A stretch of 64,000 bases of DNA, taken from an uncultured Pseudomonadales bacterium (GTDB lineage: Bacteria > Patescibacteriota > Microgenomatia > UBA1400 > PJMF01). How positions within the stretch are numbered: the first letter of the stretch is position 1; each line of letters opens with the position of its first letter. Both the position numbers and the translations under genes were made by a program. Location: the NCBI GenBank assembly GCA_964511345.1, contig CAZEEV010000004.1:19802-83801 (forward strand), read 5' to 3'. Of the stretch, positions 28,243 through 41,578 are shown one piece after another. Under the pieces are notes generated by a model. It did no database searches, was not told where the DNA came from, and worked only from the letters and a program-made list of their open reading frames with translations.

Positions 28243-29394
28243 ATGGCAAAAAAATCTTTAAAAATCGCTCTTGTTCACGATTATCTTCGGGAATATGGTG
28301 GTGCAGAACGTGTTTTGGAAGCACTGCACGAAATGTTTCCACAAGCTCCAGTTTATACAGCTTTTGTCGATGAAAAAGCTATGGGTCAAAATTGGCAACG
28401 TTTCGTTGATTGGAACATTCGTCAAAGTAAACTTACTCAGTTGCCTCTATATAAAAAACTTTTTTCACCAATGCGTATTTTTGCCAAATGGGCTTTTGAA
28501 CAATTTGATTTAAGTGAATATGATCTGGTGATTAGCTCTTCCAACGCTTATTTTGCCAAGAGCGTCAAAGTGCCAAATGGTGTTCATTATTGTTATTGTC
28601 ATACTCCGCCGAGAGTTTTATATGGTTATAGCGCCAAAAGCAATTGGCAGGCAAATCCATTTACTCGTTTTGCTGGTAATTTGCTGAATCATTTCGTCAG
28701 ACAAATGGATTTTCAAGCAGGGCAAAATCCAGATTTTATGATTGCCAATTCCAATGAAACTGCCATGCGTATTCAGAAATTTTACAAAAGAAAAAGTGTG
28801 GTAATTAATCCACCAATCAAAATTTATGACAATGCTAAAACTTTTTTTGATCAATTAAATAAAAAAGAATTAACTGATTTTACCAAGCAAAAAAATAACT
28901 CTTATTATCTTTATGTTAATCGTTTGGCTTTAGCGAAACATCCAGAATTGGCGATTCAAGCGGCCAATCAATTAGGAATTAAACTAAAGGTAGTAGGTGA
29001 TGGAGCAATGTTGGAGACTTTGAAAAAAATGGCTCAGGCAAACATAGAATTTTTAGGAGCGGTTGATGACCAACAATTAACAGAGCTTTATAAAAATGCT
29101 CGTGCGCTTATTTATCCCGTGGAAGATGAAGACTTTGGTATGGTGCCGATTGAAGCCATGGCTTTTGGCACACCAGTAATTGCGCACTATTCTGGTGGTC
29201 CCAAAGAAACGATTAAAGAAAAAGAAACTGGTCTTTTTTTCCGAAACTTAACCGTAGAAAGTCTAGCTGAAGCGATTAAAAATTTCCAAGATAATTTTAT
29301 ACTCGATTCATTCAAAATACACGAAACCACCAACATCTATTCATACGCATCTTTTAAGAAAAAACTCAGATTTCTGTTCGGGATTAATTCTTGA
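28243..29394 (+). CDS. GT4 family glycosyltransferase
   Basis: IALVHDYLREYGGAERV, YCHTPPR, EDFGMVPIEAMAFGTPVI; likely ATG at 28243. Confidence 0.92.
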   Translation: MAKKSLKIALVHDYLREYGGAERVLEALHEMFPQAPVYTAFVDEKAMGQNWQRFVDWNIRQSKLTQLPLYKKLFSPMRIFAKWAFEQFDLSEYDLVISSSNAYFAKSVKVPNGVHYCYCHTPPRVLYGYSAKSNWQANPFTRFAGNLLNHFVRQMDFQAGQNPDFMIANSNETAMRIQKFYKRKSVVINPPIKIYDNAKTFFDQLNKKELTDFTKQKNNSYYLYVNRLALAKHPELAIQAANQLGIKLKVVGDGAMLETLKKMAQANIEFLGAVDDQQLTELYKNARALIYPVEDEDFGMVPIEAMAFGTPVIAHYSGGPKETIKEKETGLFFRNLTVESLAEAIKNFQDNFILDSFKIHETTNIYSYASFKKKLRFLFGINS

Positions 29395-30811
29395 TTAATT
29401 GTATTTTTGCCACTTCGTTAGTTGCCATAAAAACTTCTGTTTTTAACACAGCAGCATCAGTAGCAATTTGTTGCACTTGTTTATTACCACCCAATGATTC
29501 TTTATTTAAAGTGTAAGCACCCGGTTCTATATTTAGAAAAGTAATCGGTACCATTTCACTGTGCGAAGATTTAGCATCAAAATTAGCGATCACTAATTCT
29601 GTGGCTCCACTATCGTTTTTAGCCGCCAAAGCTTTGACCCAGGAACCTAGGCCAGTAATTTGTAAACGTTGGTCAGCAATGCTATCTAGCATTTTCAAAG
29701 CACGATAGCGTGGTTTGCTGTTAGCGCCAAAGTCATTGTGAGTGAACATACCCCAGCGTCCCCAATAGTTTTTACCTTCTGGATCTTTGCCGTCTTGGAT
29801 TTCAAAAGCAAAAGCTCTCTCCACACGATTGCTCATGGCAATTGCGCCAGCCACAGTGTGAGCTGCTCCATACTGAGAGTCGTAGCCAGCGTTATTATTA
29901 CTGTCATGCCCCCATTCAGTAATTTGAAATTCCAAGGTAGGTTCTAATTGTGGATAGGCTTGTACCCAGCTTTTTGCAGAAGCCATGTCTTCAGCAAATT
30001 GATCTAAGTTAGTACTATAGCGATGCCAGGAGAAAAAATCACAGCGCCATTTATTAGCAACACAAGCTTTAGCCCAGGCGTCAAACCAATTTTTGTAGAG
30101 TGCAGTAATGGCAGGCCCACCCAATTTAAATGGCAAAGCACCACGTGCATTTTTAGCACCAGCACTTGCATAACTATATAGAGTCAAATAATTTTTATCG
30201 CCGTAATATTTAAAGGAACCAAATAGATCTGGTTCATTCCATACCTCGTAATAAACATCGCGAATACCTTTGGTACCACTGACGTGCTCAATAGTTTTTT
30301 GTACAACCAATTGCCAATCGGCCCAATTAGTCGGGTAAGCCAAGATATCTCCGGAGGAAATGGCCGGCGGCATATAACTTAAGGCAATGTAAGGTTTGGC
30401 TCCAGTTTTAACAATGTCATCAATAATTAAATCAAACTTGGTCCAATCAAAAGTAATGTTTCCTGGGTTACCCTGGACAATGTCATAAAAATCATAAATA
30501 TGATCCAAACGAATATATTCCGGTTTAAGAGCGGCAATTTGTCCGGTTAATTGATCAATGCGCCAACTATGATCTTCACCACCTTGGGCTAAGTTGCGCC
30601 ATGGTCTAGGCATTGGTCCTAAAATGGCAGTTGTGTCAACAATTAAGTTAGCTGGCACACCGCTGGCTTGACCAAAAAACTCTCTTACGACTTTAATTTG
30701 CCAAGCTCCAGCCATAATACCTACAACTAAAAATAGGACAATTAAAAAAGAAAAGGAAGTTTTTCTTCTTTTTTGAAGTCTGGGGTTAATAGGGTATTTT
30801 TGCATATTCAA
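29384..30811 (-). CDS. Membrane-anchored GH39-family glycoside hydrolase
   Basis: N-terminal TM; YIRLDHIYD, YEVWNEPD (acid/base), FFSWHRY, QITEWG (nucleophile). Confidence 0.8.
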   Translation of the reverse strand: MNMQKYPINPRLQKRRKTSFSFLIVLFLVVGIMAGAWQIKVVREFFGQASGVPANLIVDTTAILGPMPRPWRNLAQGGEDHSWRIDQLTGQIAALKPEYIRLDHIYDFYDIVQGNPGNITFDWTKFDLIIDDIVKTGAKPYIALSYMPPAISSGDILAYPTNWADWQLVVQKTIEHVSGTKGIRDVYYEVWNEPDLFGSFKYYGDKNYLTLYSYASAGAKNARGALPFKLGGPAITALYKNWFDAWAKACVANKWRCDFFSWHRYSTNLDQFAEDMASAKSWVQAYPQLEPTLEFQITEWGHDSNNNAGYDSQYGAAHTVAGAIAMSNRVERAFAFEIQDGKDPEGKNYWGRWGMFTHNDFGANSKPRYRALKMLDSIADQRLQITGLGSWVKALAAKNDSGATELVIANFDAKSSHSEMVPITFLNIEPGAYTLNKESLGGNKQVQQIATDAAVLKTEVFMATNEVAKIQLIKN

Positions 30812-30875
30812 TTTAATACTAGCAAAAAACCAGGGGGTTGTCTTATCGACTTTGTCTATTTATAATGCTCATCGT

Positions 30876-31721
30876 ATGAGCGATCAAGCATTACATGTTT
30901 CGATATCCGCTGAACCAATCTTCCGCATTTTTGGACTAGAAATTAGTAATTCAATTTTTACCAGTCTAGTTGTGAGCTTTTTACTGATTAGTTTTGCGAT
31001 TTTTTTCAAAAAATATAAGTTTAAGGAAACTGACAAGCCGAGTTCTCTACAAAATGTTGTCGAAATGATTGTTGATGCTTTGTACAATTTTGTTTATTCG
31101 ATCACCGAGAATACTAAGAAAACTGTTTTATTCTTTCCCATTATTGCCACTTTCTTTCTTTTTATCATCTTAAATAACTACGTAGGTTTATTGCCTGGAG
31201 TTGGCTCGATTTTGACCCATGAGGCAAACACTACTTCCATGATGCCAGCGCCAGCGATGGCCAGCGAAGAGGTGGCAGTTGCAGAAGCACCTTTGCACGC
31301 AGCGATGGTGCCTTTATTTAGAGCCGCTACTGCAGATCTAAATACCACTTTAGCTTTGGCAATTATTTCGGTTACTCTGACTCAAATTTTTGGTATTTCC
31401 CATCTTGGCTTATCTTATTTCAAAAAGTTTTTGGATTTTTCTAGTCCCATCAATTTTATTGTGGGTATTTTAGAGACAGTTTTGGAATTTGCCAAAATTA
31501 TTTCTTTTGCCTTCAGATTATTTGGTAATATTTTTGCTGGCGAAGTTTTGTTGGTAGTAATGACTTATCTAATTTCAGTCGTCGTACCAGCGCCATTTTA
31601 TGCACTTGAGCTTTTCGTCGGTTTCATCCAAGCTTTAGTGTTCTCAATGCTATCTTTGATTTTCTTTAATTTGGCGACCAGAGGCCATCATGAGGAAAGT
31701 CATGAGGTAGCCACTAATTAA
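30876..31721 (+). CDS. atpB: ATP synthase F0 subunit a
   Basis: ATADLNTT, SFAFRLFGNIFAGE, GFIQALVF; likely ATG at 30876. Confidence 0.96.
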   Translation: MSDQALHVSISAEPIFRIFGLEISNSIFTSLVVSFLLISFAIFFKKYKFKETDKPSSLQNVVEMIVDALYNFVYSITENTKKTVLFFPIIATFFLFIILNNYVGLLPGVGSILTHEANTTSMMPAPAMASEEVAVAEAPLHAAMVPLFRAATADLNTTLALAIISVTLTQIFGISHLGLSYFKKFLDFSSPINFIVGILETVLEFAKIISFAFRLFGNIFAGEVLLVVMTYLISVVVPAPFYALELFVGFIQALVFSMLSLIFFNLATRGHHEESHEVATN

Positions 31722-31752
31722 GTAATTAAGTAGTAATTAAATTAACAAATAA

Positions 31753-31977
<225 letters not shown>

Positions 31978-32002
31978 TGCTATTTAGCAAAGGAGTTAAC
32001 CT

Positions 32003-32488
32003 ATGGATATACAATTAGCACAAATCATTTTTCAAATTATTAACTTTGGTTTAGTTGTATTTGTTTTGACTCGTTTTATTTATAAGCCAGTGCTGAAGTT
32101 GCTCAATGAGCGCAAAGCGAAAGTGGCAGAAGCCGCCAAAGCTTCTAATGAAATTTTGCGAGAAAAAGAAGATTTAGAAAAAGTTAAAGCCGATGTTTTA
32201 CTCAAAGCCAATCAAAATGCTAAGAAGATAGAAACTGAAATTAAGAATGAGGCACAAAAATCAGCCAAAGCATTGATTGAAAAAAATAACAAGGATTTAT
32301 CTATTAGAGAAGCAAAATTTTCAGCTGAATTAGCTAAGTTGAAAAAAGAAAAACTCCAGTCAATGGATAAAGAACTAAAACAAGCCGTGATCGTCATGGC
32401 AGAAAAAGTTTTAGGAGAGTCAATTGATGCTAAAAAGCATCAAAAACTCATTGATAGCCAAATTGATGAAATTATTGAAAGTTTGTAA
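32003..32488 (+). CDS. atpF: ATP synthase F0 subunit b
   Basis: QIINF, YKPVLKLLNERK, coiled coil. Confidence 0.93.
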   Translation: MDIQLAQIIFQIINFGLVVFVLTRFIYKPVLKLLNERKAKVAEAAKASNEILREKEDLEKVKADVLLKANQNAKKIETEIKNEAQKSAKALIEKNNKDLSIREAKFSAELAKLKKEKLQSMDKELKQAVIVMAEKVLGESIDAKKHQKLIDSQIDEIIESL

Positions 32489-32490
32489 AT

Positions 32491-32706
32491 ATGTTGCAAA
32501 TCAATGTTACTAGCGCAGTTGCTCTTAGTGTTCAACAAAAAAGTAAATTAGAGCAAGCTTTGCAGAAAAAATATGCTAAGGAAGAATTAGTTTTTGATTA
32601 TCAGGTCAAAACAGAGTTGATTGCTGGTCTCAGCGTAAGTGTGGCCGGTAAATTGCATGACGCTAGTCTCAAAGCTCGCCTTAACCAATTAGCTAGCAAA
32701 ATTTAA
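32491..32706 (+). CDS. atpH: ATP synthase delta subunit, C-terminal domain only
   Basis: [25 protein letters not shown]; 71 aa; operon position. Confidence 0.88.
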   Translation: MLQINVTSAVALSVQQKSKLEQALQKKYAKEELVFDYQVKTELIAGLSVSVAGKLHDASLKARLNQLASKI

Positions 32707-32707
32707 T

Positions 32708-34225
32708 ATGTCAAAATCAGATTTATTTGCCAATTTAAAATCAATTAAAAATACAGATTTAGGAATTAAAGCTGTCTCTATTGGTAAAGTTATTTCTTAT
32801 GCTGATGGGATTGTTTTTGCGGATGAATTAAATGATGTGCAAGCTGGAGAGTTAGTGACTTTTGGCAGCGATGCTTTTGGTTTAGCTCTTAATTTAGAAA
32901 AAGATAGAGTAGGTATCATTGTTTTGTCTGGTACTGAGAAAATTAAAACTGGTGATTTGGTCTATCGCACTAATCAAATTTTATCAATTGATGTCTCGGA
33001 TGAGATTATTGGCAGAGTAGTTAATCCTCTTGGTCAATCTGAAGATGGTAAAGCTGCTATCAAAAAAGACAAGTCAATGTTGTTAGAGAAAATTGCCCCA
33101 GGAGTTATTGTTCGTGAGGGAGTTAATCAGCCTCTTCAGACTGGCATTAAGGCTATAGACGCTTTGATTCCGATTGGTCGTGGACAGAGAGAATTAATTA
33201 TTGGTGATCGTAACACTGGTAAATCATCGATTGCTTTAGCGACAATTTTAAATCAAAAAGATCAAAATGTAGTTTGTATTTATGTGGCAATTGGTCAGAA
33301 GAAATCAACTCTAGCTCAGTTTGTGCAAGTATTAGATGACAAAGGAGCTTTGGACTACACTACAGTAGTTGCTGCTTCTGCCAGTGAACCAGCTTCTTTG
33401 CAATTTTTAGCTCCTTATGCTGGTCAAGCCGTTGCTGAATACTTTTTGGACAAAGGCAAAGATGTTTTAGTGATTTTTGATGATCTAAGTAAACATGCTC
33501 AGGCCTATCGTGAGATTTCTTTATTATTGAAGCGTCCGTCAGGACGCGAAGCTTATCCTGGAGATGTTTTTTATTTACACTCTCGTTTATTGGAGAGAGC
33601 TTGCAAGTTAAATAAAGAAAATGGCGGTGGCTCGATCACTGCTTTGCCAATTATTGAAACTCAAGCCAATGATGTTTCTGCCTACATTCCTACCAATGTC
33701 ATTTCGATTACTGATGGTCAGATTTATTTGGAAACAGATTTGTTTAACTCTGGCATGAGACCAGCTATTAACATTGGTTTGTCAGTTTCTCGTGTTGGTT
33801 CAGCTGCTCAGCTCAAAGCTATGAAACAGGTAGCCGGTAGTTTAAAGTTAGACTTGGCGCAATTCAGAGAACTAGAAGCTTTTGCCCAATTTAGTTCTGA
33901 TCTCGATAGTGCGACTAAAAAACAATTAGATCGAGGTAAAAGAGTCAGTGAAATTCTTAAACAGCCATGGGACTTGCAAATGTCAGTCGCTGAGCAGGTT
34001 TTAATTATTTATGCTGCAGTCAATGGTTTGCTTGATGGAATTGAAGTAGCTGATTTGGTGGAATGGGAAACTGAATATTTGAATTTTGCCAAAAATAAAC
34101 AGCCTGCTTTAGTGAAAACTCTTTTGACTGGAGCAAAAATAGAAGGTCCTCAAGATGAAGCTTTAAGAAAATTGGCTAAAGATTTTGAAATAGCTCATCC
34201 TCGTTTTTATAAGAAGGAAGCCTGA
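32708..34225 (+). CDS. atpA: ATP synthase F1 alpha
   Basis: [26 protein letters not shown]. Confidence 0.98.
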   Translation: MSKSDLFANLKSIKNTDLGIKAVSIGKVISYADGIVFADELNDVQAGELVTFGSDAFGLALNLEKDRVGIIVLSGTEKIKTGDLVYRTNQILSIDVSDEIIGRVVNPLGQSEDGKAAIKKDKSMLLEKIAPGVIVREGVNQPLQTGIKAIDALIPIGRGQRELIIGDRNTGKSSIALATILNQKDQNVVCIYVAIGQKKSTLAQFVQVLDDKGALDYTTVVAASASEPASLQFLAPYAGQAVAEYFLDKGKDVLVIFDDLSKHAQAYREISLLLKRPSGREAYPGDVFYLHSRLLERACKLNKENGGGSITALPIIETQANDVSAYIPTNVISITDGQIYLETDLFNSGMRPAINIGLSVSRVGSAAQLKAMKQVAGSLKLDLAQFRELEAFAQFSSDLDSATKKQLDRGKRVSEILKQPWDLQMSVAEQVLIIYAAVNGLLDGIEVADLVEWETEYLNFAKNKQPALVKTLLTGAKIEGPQDEALRKLAKDFEIAHPRFYKKEA

Positions 34226-34229
34226 GTTT

Positions 34230-36955
<2,726 letters not shown>

Positions 36956-36976
36956 ATCAATTTTCCAATTGACAGT

Positions 36977-37003
36977 TTAGCAAACTCTAGCTATGATTGC
37001 TAA
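36977..37003 (+). promoter_or_regulatory. CIRCE element upstream of hrcA
   Basis: TTAGCAAAC-N9-GATTGCTAA, just after TTGACA. Confidence 0.85.
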
Positions 37004-37027
37004 TAGCTTATCAAGGAGTTTAAACCT

Positions 37028-37744
37028 ATGATCGATTTAGTTGCCCGCCAAATCCAAATTTTACGCGCTATTATCGAGGAATTTATCGAAACTGGCATGC
37101 CAGTGGGCTCTGAAACAATTGATAAAAAATATAACATTGGTGTTTCTCCAGCTACCATTCGCAATGAAATGGTTTATTTGACTAAGCAAGGATATTTAAT
37201 CAAGTCTCACATTAGTGCTGGTCGCGTGCCAACTGCTTTAGCCATGCGTTTGTACATCAATGAACTGGTGAAGGAAAAAGAACTTTCAGTGGCTGATGAA
37301 GTTAGCGTTAAAGAAAAAATCTGGCGCTATCGTGACAAAATGGAGGATTTACTTTATGAAACCTCTAGAGTTTTAGCTGATAAGTCTCATGCTTTGGGAA
37401 TTGCTATGACTCCTGATGGAAAACTTTACCATTCTGGTTATTCTAATCTTTTACAAATGCCAGAATTCTATGATATTAATTTGACCAGACAAGTTTTGCA
37501 AATGATTGAAGAAGAACAAGTCATGGATCAGATTTTTGAAAGTAGTCATAGTGAGAACGCAGTTAAAGTTGTTTTTGGTCAAGATTTAGGTAATCGAGAC
37601 TTAGATCAAATCAGTATTATGTTTGTTGAATTGCCCAATAACAATTGTCGCTTTGGTGTTTTGGGCTCAACTAGGTTTGACTATTCTTATGTTTTACCAA
37701 TCATGAAGTATTTTAAGGGTCTGATAGAGAGCATGGTGGATTAA
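37028..37744 (+). CDS. hrcA: Heat-inducible repressor HrcA (short form)
   Basis: RQIQILRAIIEEFIETGMPVGS, SPATIRNEM, HISAGRVPT, GSTRFDY. Confidence 0.95.
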   Translation: MIDLVARQIQILRAIIEEFIETGMPVGSETIDKKYNIGVSPATIRNEMVYLTKQGYLIKSHISAGRVPTALAMRLYINELVKEKELSVADEVSVKEKIWRYRDKMEDLLYETSRVLADKSHALGIAMTPDGKLYHSGYSNLLQMPEFYDINLTRQVLQMIEEEQVMDQIFESSHSENAVKVVFGQDLGNRDLDQISIMFVELPNNNCRFGVLGSTRFDYSYVLPIMKYFKGLIESMVD

Positions 37745-37922
37745 GTTTTTTATAATTTGCACTTTAAACAAGTCACGCTTCACTAAAACTTTTGCTTTAG
37801 TTTAGTTGACAATCTTCGTTTCGCTCAGTGAGCTCACTGTTTATATACATAAACTTTTTTTATGTTTGTTGATCAGTTCGCTCAATGGACTTTTATTAAA
37901 GCGCAAATTATAAAAAACTTAA
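37741..37922. repeat. 182-bp palindromic element with 27-bp terminal inverted repeats
   Basis: TTAAGTTTTTTATAATTTGCACTTTAA (37741-37767) matches the reverse complement of 37896-37922 at 26/27; internal hairpins and two TTCGCTCA. Confidence 0.8.
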
Positions 37923-37953
37923 TATTAGACATGAATTAGAAATTATGTAAAAG

Positions 37954-38442
37954 ATGAAAATTAATATGAAAAATAAACAAAATCAACAAGATATTACTCA
38001 AAACCAGTCTGAAGAAGTAATCAGTGAAGAGCAAAGAAAGATCAGCGATTTGCAATTGCTACTAGGTGCGTCTTTGGAGAGAGAAAAACGGGCTTTAGCT
38101 GATTATCAAAATCTACAACGCCGCAGTCAAGAAGAACGTATGGCTTTTATCAAAATGGCCAATAAAGACTTCTGTCAGGCGCTGTTACAACCCCTAGAAC
38201 ATCTTTCGATGGCAGCGGCAAATATTAATAATCAAGGTTTGGATATGGTCATTGAACAGTTTTGGAAAGAACTAAAAGAATTTGGTTTAGAAGAATTGGA
38301 GGTTTTGGATCAGAAGTTTGATGTAAACCTGATGGAGGTGGTGGATAAAAAAGGTGAGGGTGAGCGAGTAGTAGAAGTAGTGCGTAAAGGCTACAAATTA
38401 AATGGTGAAGTAATCCAGCACGCGCAAGTGATTTTAGCTTAA
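37954..38442 (+). CDS. grpE: Nucleotide exchange factor GrpE
   Basis: RALADYQNLQRR, FDVNLMEVV, KGYKLNGEVIQHAQV. Confidence 0.94.
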   Translation: MKINMKNKQNQQDITQNQSEEVISEEQRKISDLQLLLGASLEREKRALADYQNLQRRSQEERMAFIKMANKDFCQALLQPLEHLSMAAANINNQGLDMVIEQFWKELKEFGLEELEVLDQKFDVNLMEVVDKKGEGERVVEVVRKGYKLNGEVIQHAQVILA

Positions 38443-38450
38443 AATTGCTA

Positions 38451-38477
38451 CTAGCAGTCGTTAGCGCTGTCTGCTAA
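38451..38477 (+). promoter_or_regulatory. CIRCE-like element between grpE and dnaK
   Basis: CTAGCAGTC-N9-GTCTGCTAA. Confidence 0.7.
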
Positions 38478-38561
38478 AATAGTCGCATAATTAATCAAAA
38501 AGGGCAAGGTTTTTTGCCCAAAAATATTAAAAAATAAATAAAAGAATAGAAAAGGAAAACT

Positions 38562-40493
38562 ATGTCAAAAATCATTGGAATTGATTTAGGAACTACTAAC
38601 TCTGCGATTGCAGTGATGCAGGGTGGCAGCTCGGTTATTATTCCTACAAGCGAGGGTCGCAACACTTTTCCTTCAATTGTTGGTTTTAAAAATAGCGATG
38701 TGATCGTCGGTGATCCAGCCAAACGTCAAATGGTTTTAAATGCCAAAAAGACTGTTAATTCTGTCAAAAGATTTATGGGTCGTAAGCTTAATGATGATGC
38801 TGTTAAACAAGCTATTAAACACGTTTCTTACGAAGTGGTTGAAGGTAAAGATGGCATGGCTGTGGTTAATATTGATGGTAAAAAATATACTCCACAAGAA
38901 ATTTCTGCCAAAATTTTGGCCAAAGCTAAGGCCGATGCTGAGAGTTTCTTGGGTGAAAAAGTCGATCGTGCCGTCATCACTGTGCCAGCTTATTTTAATG
39001 ATGCTCAACGCCAGGCGACTAAGCAAGCTGGTGAGATTGCTGGTTTAAAAGTAGAAAGAATTGTTAACGAGCCAACTGCTGCCGCTTTGGCTTATGGTTT
39101 AGATAAAAAAGGCTCTCAAACCATTGCGGTTTATGATCTTGGTGGTGGTACTTTTGATATTTCTATTTTGGAAATTGGCGATGGTGTTTTTGAAGTTAAA
39201 TCCACCAATGGCGATACTTTCTTAGGTGGTGATGATTTTGACAGTGTTATTATTGAATGGATTGTCAGTGAATTTAAGAAAGATCAAGGCAAAGATTTAA
39301 ACAAAGATCCTCAGGCCATGCAACGTATTAAAGATGCTGCTGAAAAAGCTAAGATTGAATTGTCTGCCAGTGCCAGCACCGAGATCAATCAACCTTTTAT
39401 TACTCAAGGTGATGATGGACAACCTTTGCATTTAACCTTGACTCTAACTAGAGCAAAATTGGAAGAATTGGTTGATGATTTGATTAAAAAATCTATTGAA
39501 CCAGTCAAAAAAGCTCTCAGTGATGCTAAATTAACAACCAAAGATATCGATGAAGTAGTTTTGGTGGGTGGTATGACCAGAATGCCAAAAGTACAAAAAG
39601 TGGTTGAAGAATTTTTTGGCAAAGAACCTCACAAAGGTGTTAATCCAGATGAAGTAGTGGCCATTGGCGCTGCTGTTCAGGCAGGTGTTATTTCTGGAGA
39701 TGTTAACGATGTAGTGTTGTTAGATGTCACACCTTTAACTTTGGGTATTGAAACCTTAGGCGGAATTCGTACTCCTTTAATTGACAGAAATACCACAATC
39801 CCAACCAGCAAATCTCAAGTTTTTTCTACCGCAGCTGATAATCAAACTCAGGTAGAAATCAACGTTTTGCAAGGTGAACGTGAAATGGCAGTCGACAATA
39901 AGAGTTTAGGTCGTTTTATTCTTGATGGCATTCCCGCTGCTATGCGTGGCGTACCTCAAATTGAAGTTACTTTCGACATTGATAGTAATGGTATTTTAAA
40001 TGTGACTGCTAAAGATAAAACTTCAGGTAAAGAACAAAAAATTACAATTGCTAATAGCACTAATTTATCTGAAGAAGAAGTCGAAAAAATGAAGGCTGAA
40101 GCAGAGAAATTTGCTGAAGCTGATAAAGCCAAAAAAGAGTTAATTGAAAGCAAAAATAAAGCTAACAGCATTGTTTTTGAAATGGAAAAACAGCTCAAAG
40201 AATATGGGGACAAATTAGAATCAGCTGACAGGGAAAAGATCGAAGAAGATCTGAAGAAACTCAAAGAAATGGCTGAAAAAGAAGATGTTAGTAAAGAGGA
40301 TTTAGATAAAGCGATTGAAGCAACTCTTACCTCCAGTCAAAAAATTGGCGAAGCTATGCAAAAAGCACAAGCTGCTAAAGCTCAAGCTGATGCTAAAACT
40401 AGTGATACTAAAAATGAAGATAAAAAAGACGATAAAAATACTGCTGAAGCTGACAAAAAAGATGCAGAAGAAGGCGAAGTAGTTAAGGAATAA
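38562..40493 (+). CDS. dnaK: Chaperone DnaK
   Basis: [25 protein letters not shown]. Confidence 0.99.
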   Translation: MSKIIGIDLGTTNSAIAVMQGGSSVIIPTSEGRNTFPSIVGFKNSDVIVGDPAKRQMVLNAKKTVNSVKRFMGRKLNDDAVKQAIKHVSYEVVEGKDGMAVVNIDGKKYTPQEISAKILAKAKADAESFLGEKVDRAVITVPAYFNDAQRQATKQAGEIAGLKVERIVNEPTAAALAYGLDKKGSQTIAVYDLGGGTFDISILEIGDGVFEVKSTNGDTFLGGDDFDSVIIEWIVSEFKKDQGKDLNKDPQAMQRIKDAAEKAKIELSASASTEINQPFITQGDDGQPLHLTLTLTRAKLEELVDDLIKKSIEPVKKALSDAKLTTKDIDEVVLVGGMTRMPKVQKVVEEFFGKEPHKGVNPDEVVAIGAAVQAGVISGDVNDVVLLDVTPLTLGIETLGGIRTPLIDRNTTIPTSKSQVFSTAADNQTQVEINVLQGEREMAVDNKSLGRFILDGIPAAMRGVPQIEVTFDIDSNGILNVTAKDKTSGKEQKITIANSTNLSEEEVEKMKAEAEKFAEADKAKKELIESKNKANSIVFEMEKQLKEYGDKLESADREKIEEDLKKLKEMAEKEDVSKEDLDKAIEATLTSSQKIGEAMQKAQAAKAQADAKTSDTKNEDKKDDKNTAEADKKDAEEGEVVKE

Positions 40494-40507
40494 AATTAGA
40501 AGTTAAT

Positions 40508-40533
40508 GAGGCGCTGGCCGCGGCCAGCGCCTC
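40508..40533 (+). terminator. GC-rich hairpin between dnaK and dnaJ (terminator or mRNA stabiliser)
   Basis: GAGGCGCTGGCC-GC-GGCCAGCGCCTC, perfect 12-bp stem, weak U tract. Confidence 0.65.
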
Positions 40534-40558
40534 TTATGTTAATTAAATAATTTAAATT

Positions 40559-41428
40559 ATGTCAGCTAAACGCGATTATTACGAAGTTTTGGGAGTGAGT
40601 AAGACTGCGAGTGCCGCAGAAATCAAAGCTGCTTATCGCAAGTTAGCTCTTAAAAATCACCCTGATCGTAATAAGGAAGCTGGCGCTGAGGCCAAGTTTA
40701 AAGAAATTAATGAGGCTTATCAAGTTTTATCAGATCCCAAAAAAAAACAGACTTACGATCAATTTGGCCATGCAGCTTTTGATCCTTCCTCTGGCATGGG
40801 TGGTGGACAAGGGCCATTTGGTGGCTTTGGAGGTTTTGGTGGACAAGCTGGTGGTTTTAATTGGTCTTCTTATTCAAGTAGTGGTCAGGGTGCTGAATTT
40901 GATTTTGGTGATCCTTTTGAAATTTTTGAACAATTTTTTGGCGGTGGATTTGGCGGTCGCGCCAAGCGTCGCCCGCATTATTCTTTACAAATAGATTTCA
41001 TGGAAGCTGTTAGTGGCGTAACTAAAGACGTCGAAATTGAGGGTAAAAGACAAAAAATTAAAGTACCAGCTGGTGCCAATAATGGCACTCGCATTCGTTT
41101 TACTGATTTTGATGTTTCGATCGATGTTGGCACTCATTCTCGTTTCAAGCGTGATGGCTATGATGTTTTTGTTGATGAAAAGATTAATTTCAGCACAGCT
41201 GCTTTGGGCGGACAAATCGAAGTAGAAACTTTGCAAGGTAAAATTAAATTGAAAGTTAGGCCTGGTACACCTTCTCATTCTCTAATTCGTTTGCGCGATG
41301 AGGGCATTAAACATTTACAAGGTCGTGGCAAAGGTGATTTGTATGTGAGATTAATCATTGATGTGCCAGAAAAACTTAGTAGAGATCAAAAATCAGTTTT
41401 AGAAGATCTAAAAGATTTAGATCTCTAA
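40559..41428 (+). CDS. dnaJ: DnaJ, class B (no zinc finger)
   Basis: J-domain HPD, G/F-rich region, C-terminal domain, no CxxCxGxG repeats. Confidence 0.93.
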   Translation: MSAKRDYYEVLGVSKTASAAEIKAAYRKLALKNHPDRNKEAGAEAKFKEINEAYQVLSDPKKKQTYDQFGHAAFDPSSGMGGGQGPFGGFGGFGGQAGGFNWSSYSSSGQGAEFDFGDPFEIFEQFFGGGFGGRAKRRPHYSLQIDFMEAVSGVTKDVEIEGKRQKIKVPAGANNGTRIRFTDFDVSIDVGTHSRFKRDGYDVFVDEKINFSTAALGGQIEVETLQGKIKLKVRPGTPSHSLIRLRDEGIKHLQGRGKGDLYVRLIIDVPEKLSRDQKSVLEDLKDLDL

Positions 41429-41450
41429 TTTGATTGTTTTTAGTCCAAAC

Positions 41451-41534
41451 TTGGCTTTTTTTCTTTTGTTTGTTATAATAACTAATAGTTGTTTTGTAAG
41501 AGGAGGACTGTTGAAAGACAAGTCCTTTTTTCTT
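41451..41534 (+). promoter_or_regulatory. nusA promoter and rimP-leader-like attenuator hairpin
   Basis: TTGGCT-N17-TATAAT (41451-41479); AAGAGGAGGACT..AGTCCTTTTTTCTT hairpin at 41498-41534. Confidence 0.6.
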
Positions 41535-41578
41535 ATCAGACACTTTTTGGTTAAAATTTATATAAATAGAAAGAATTT

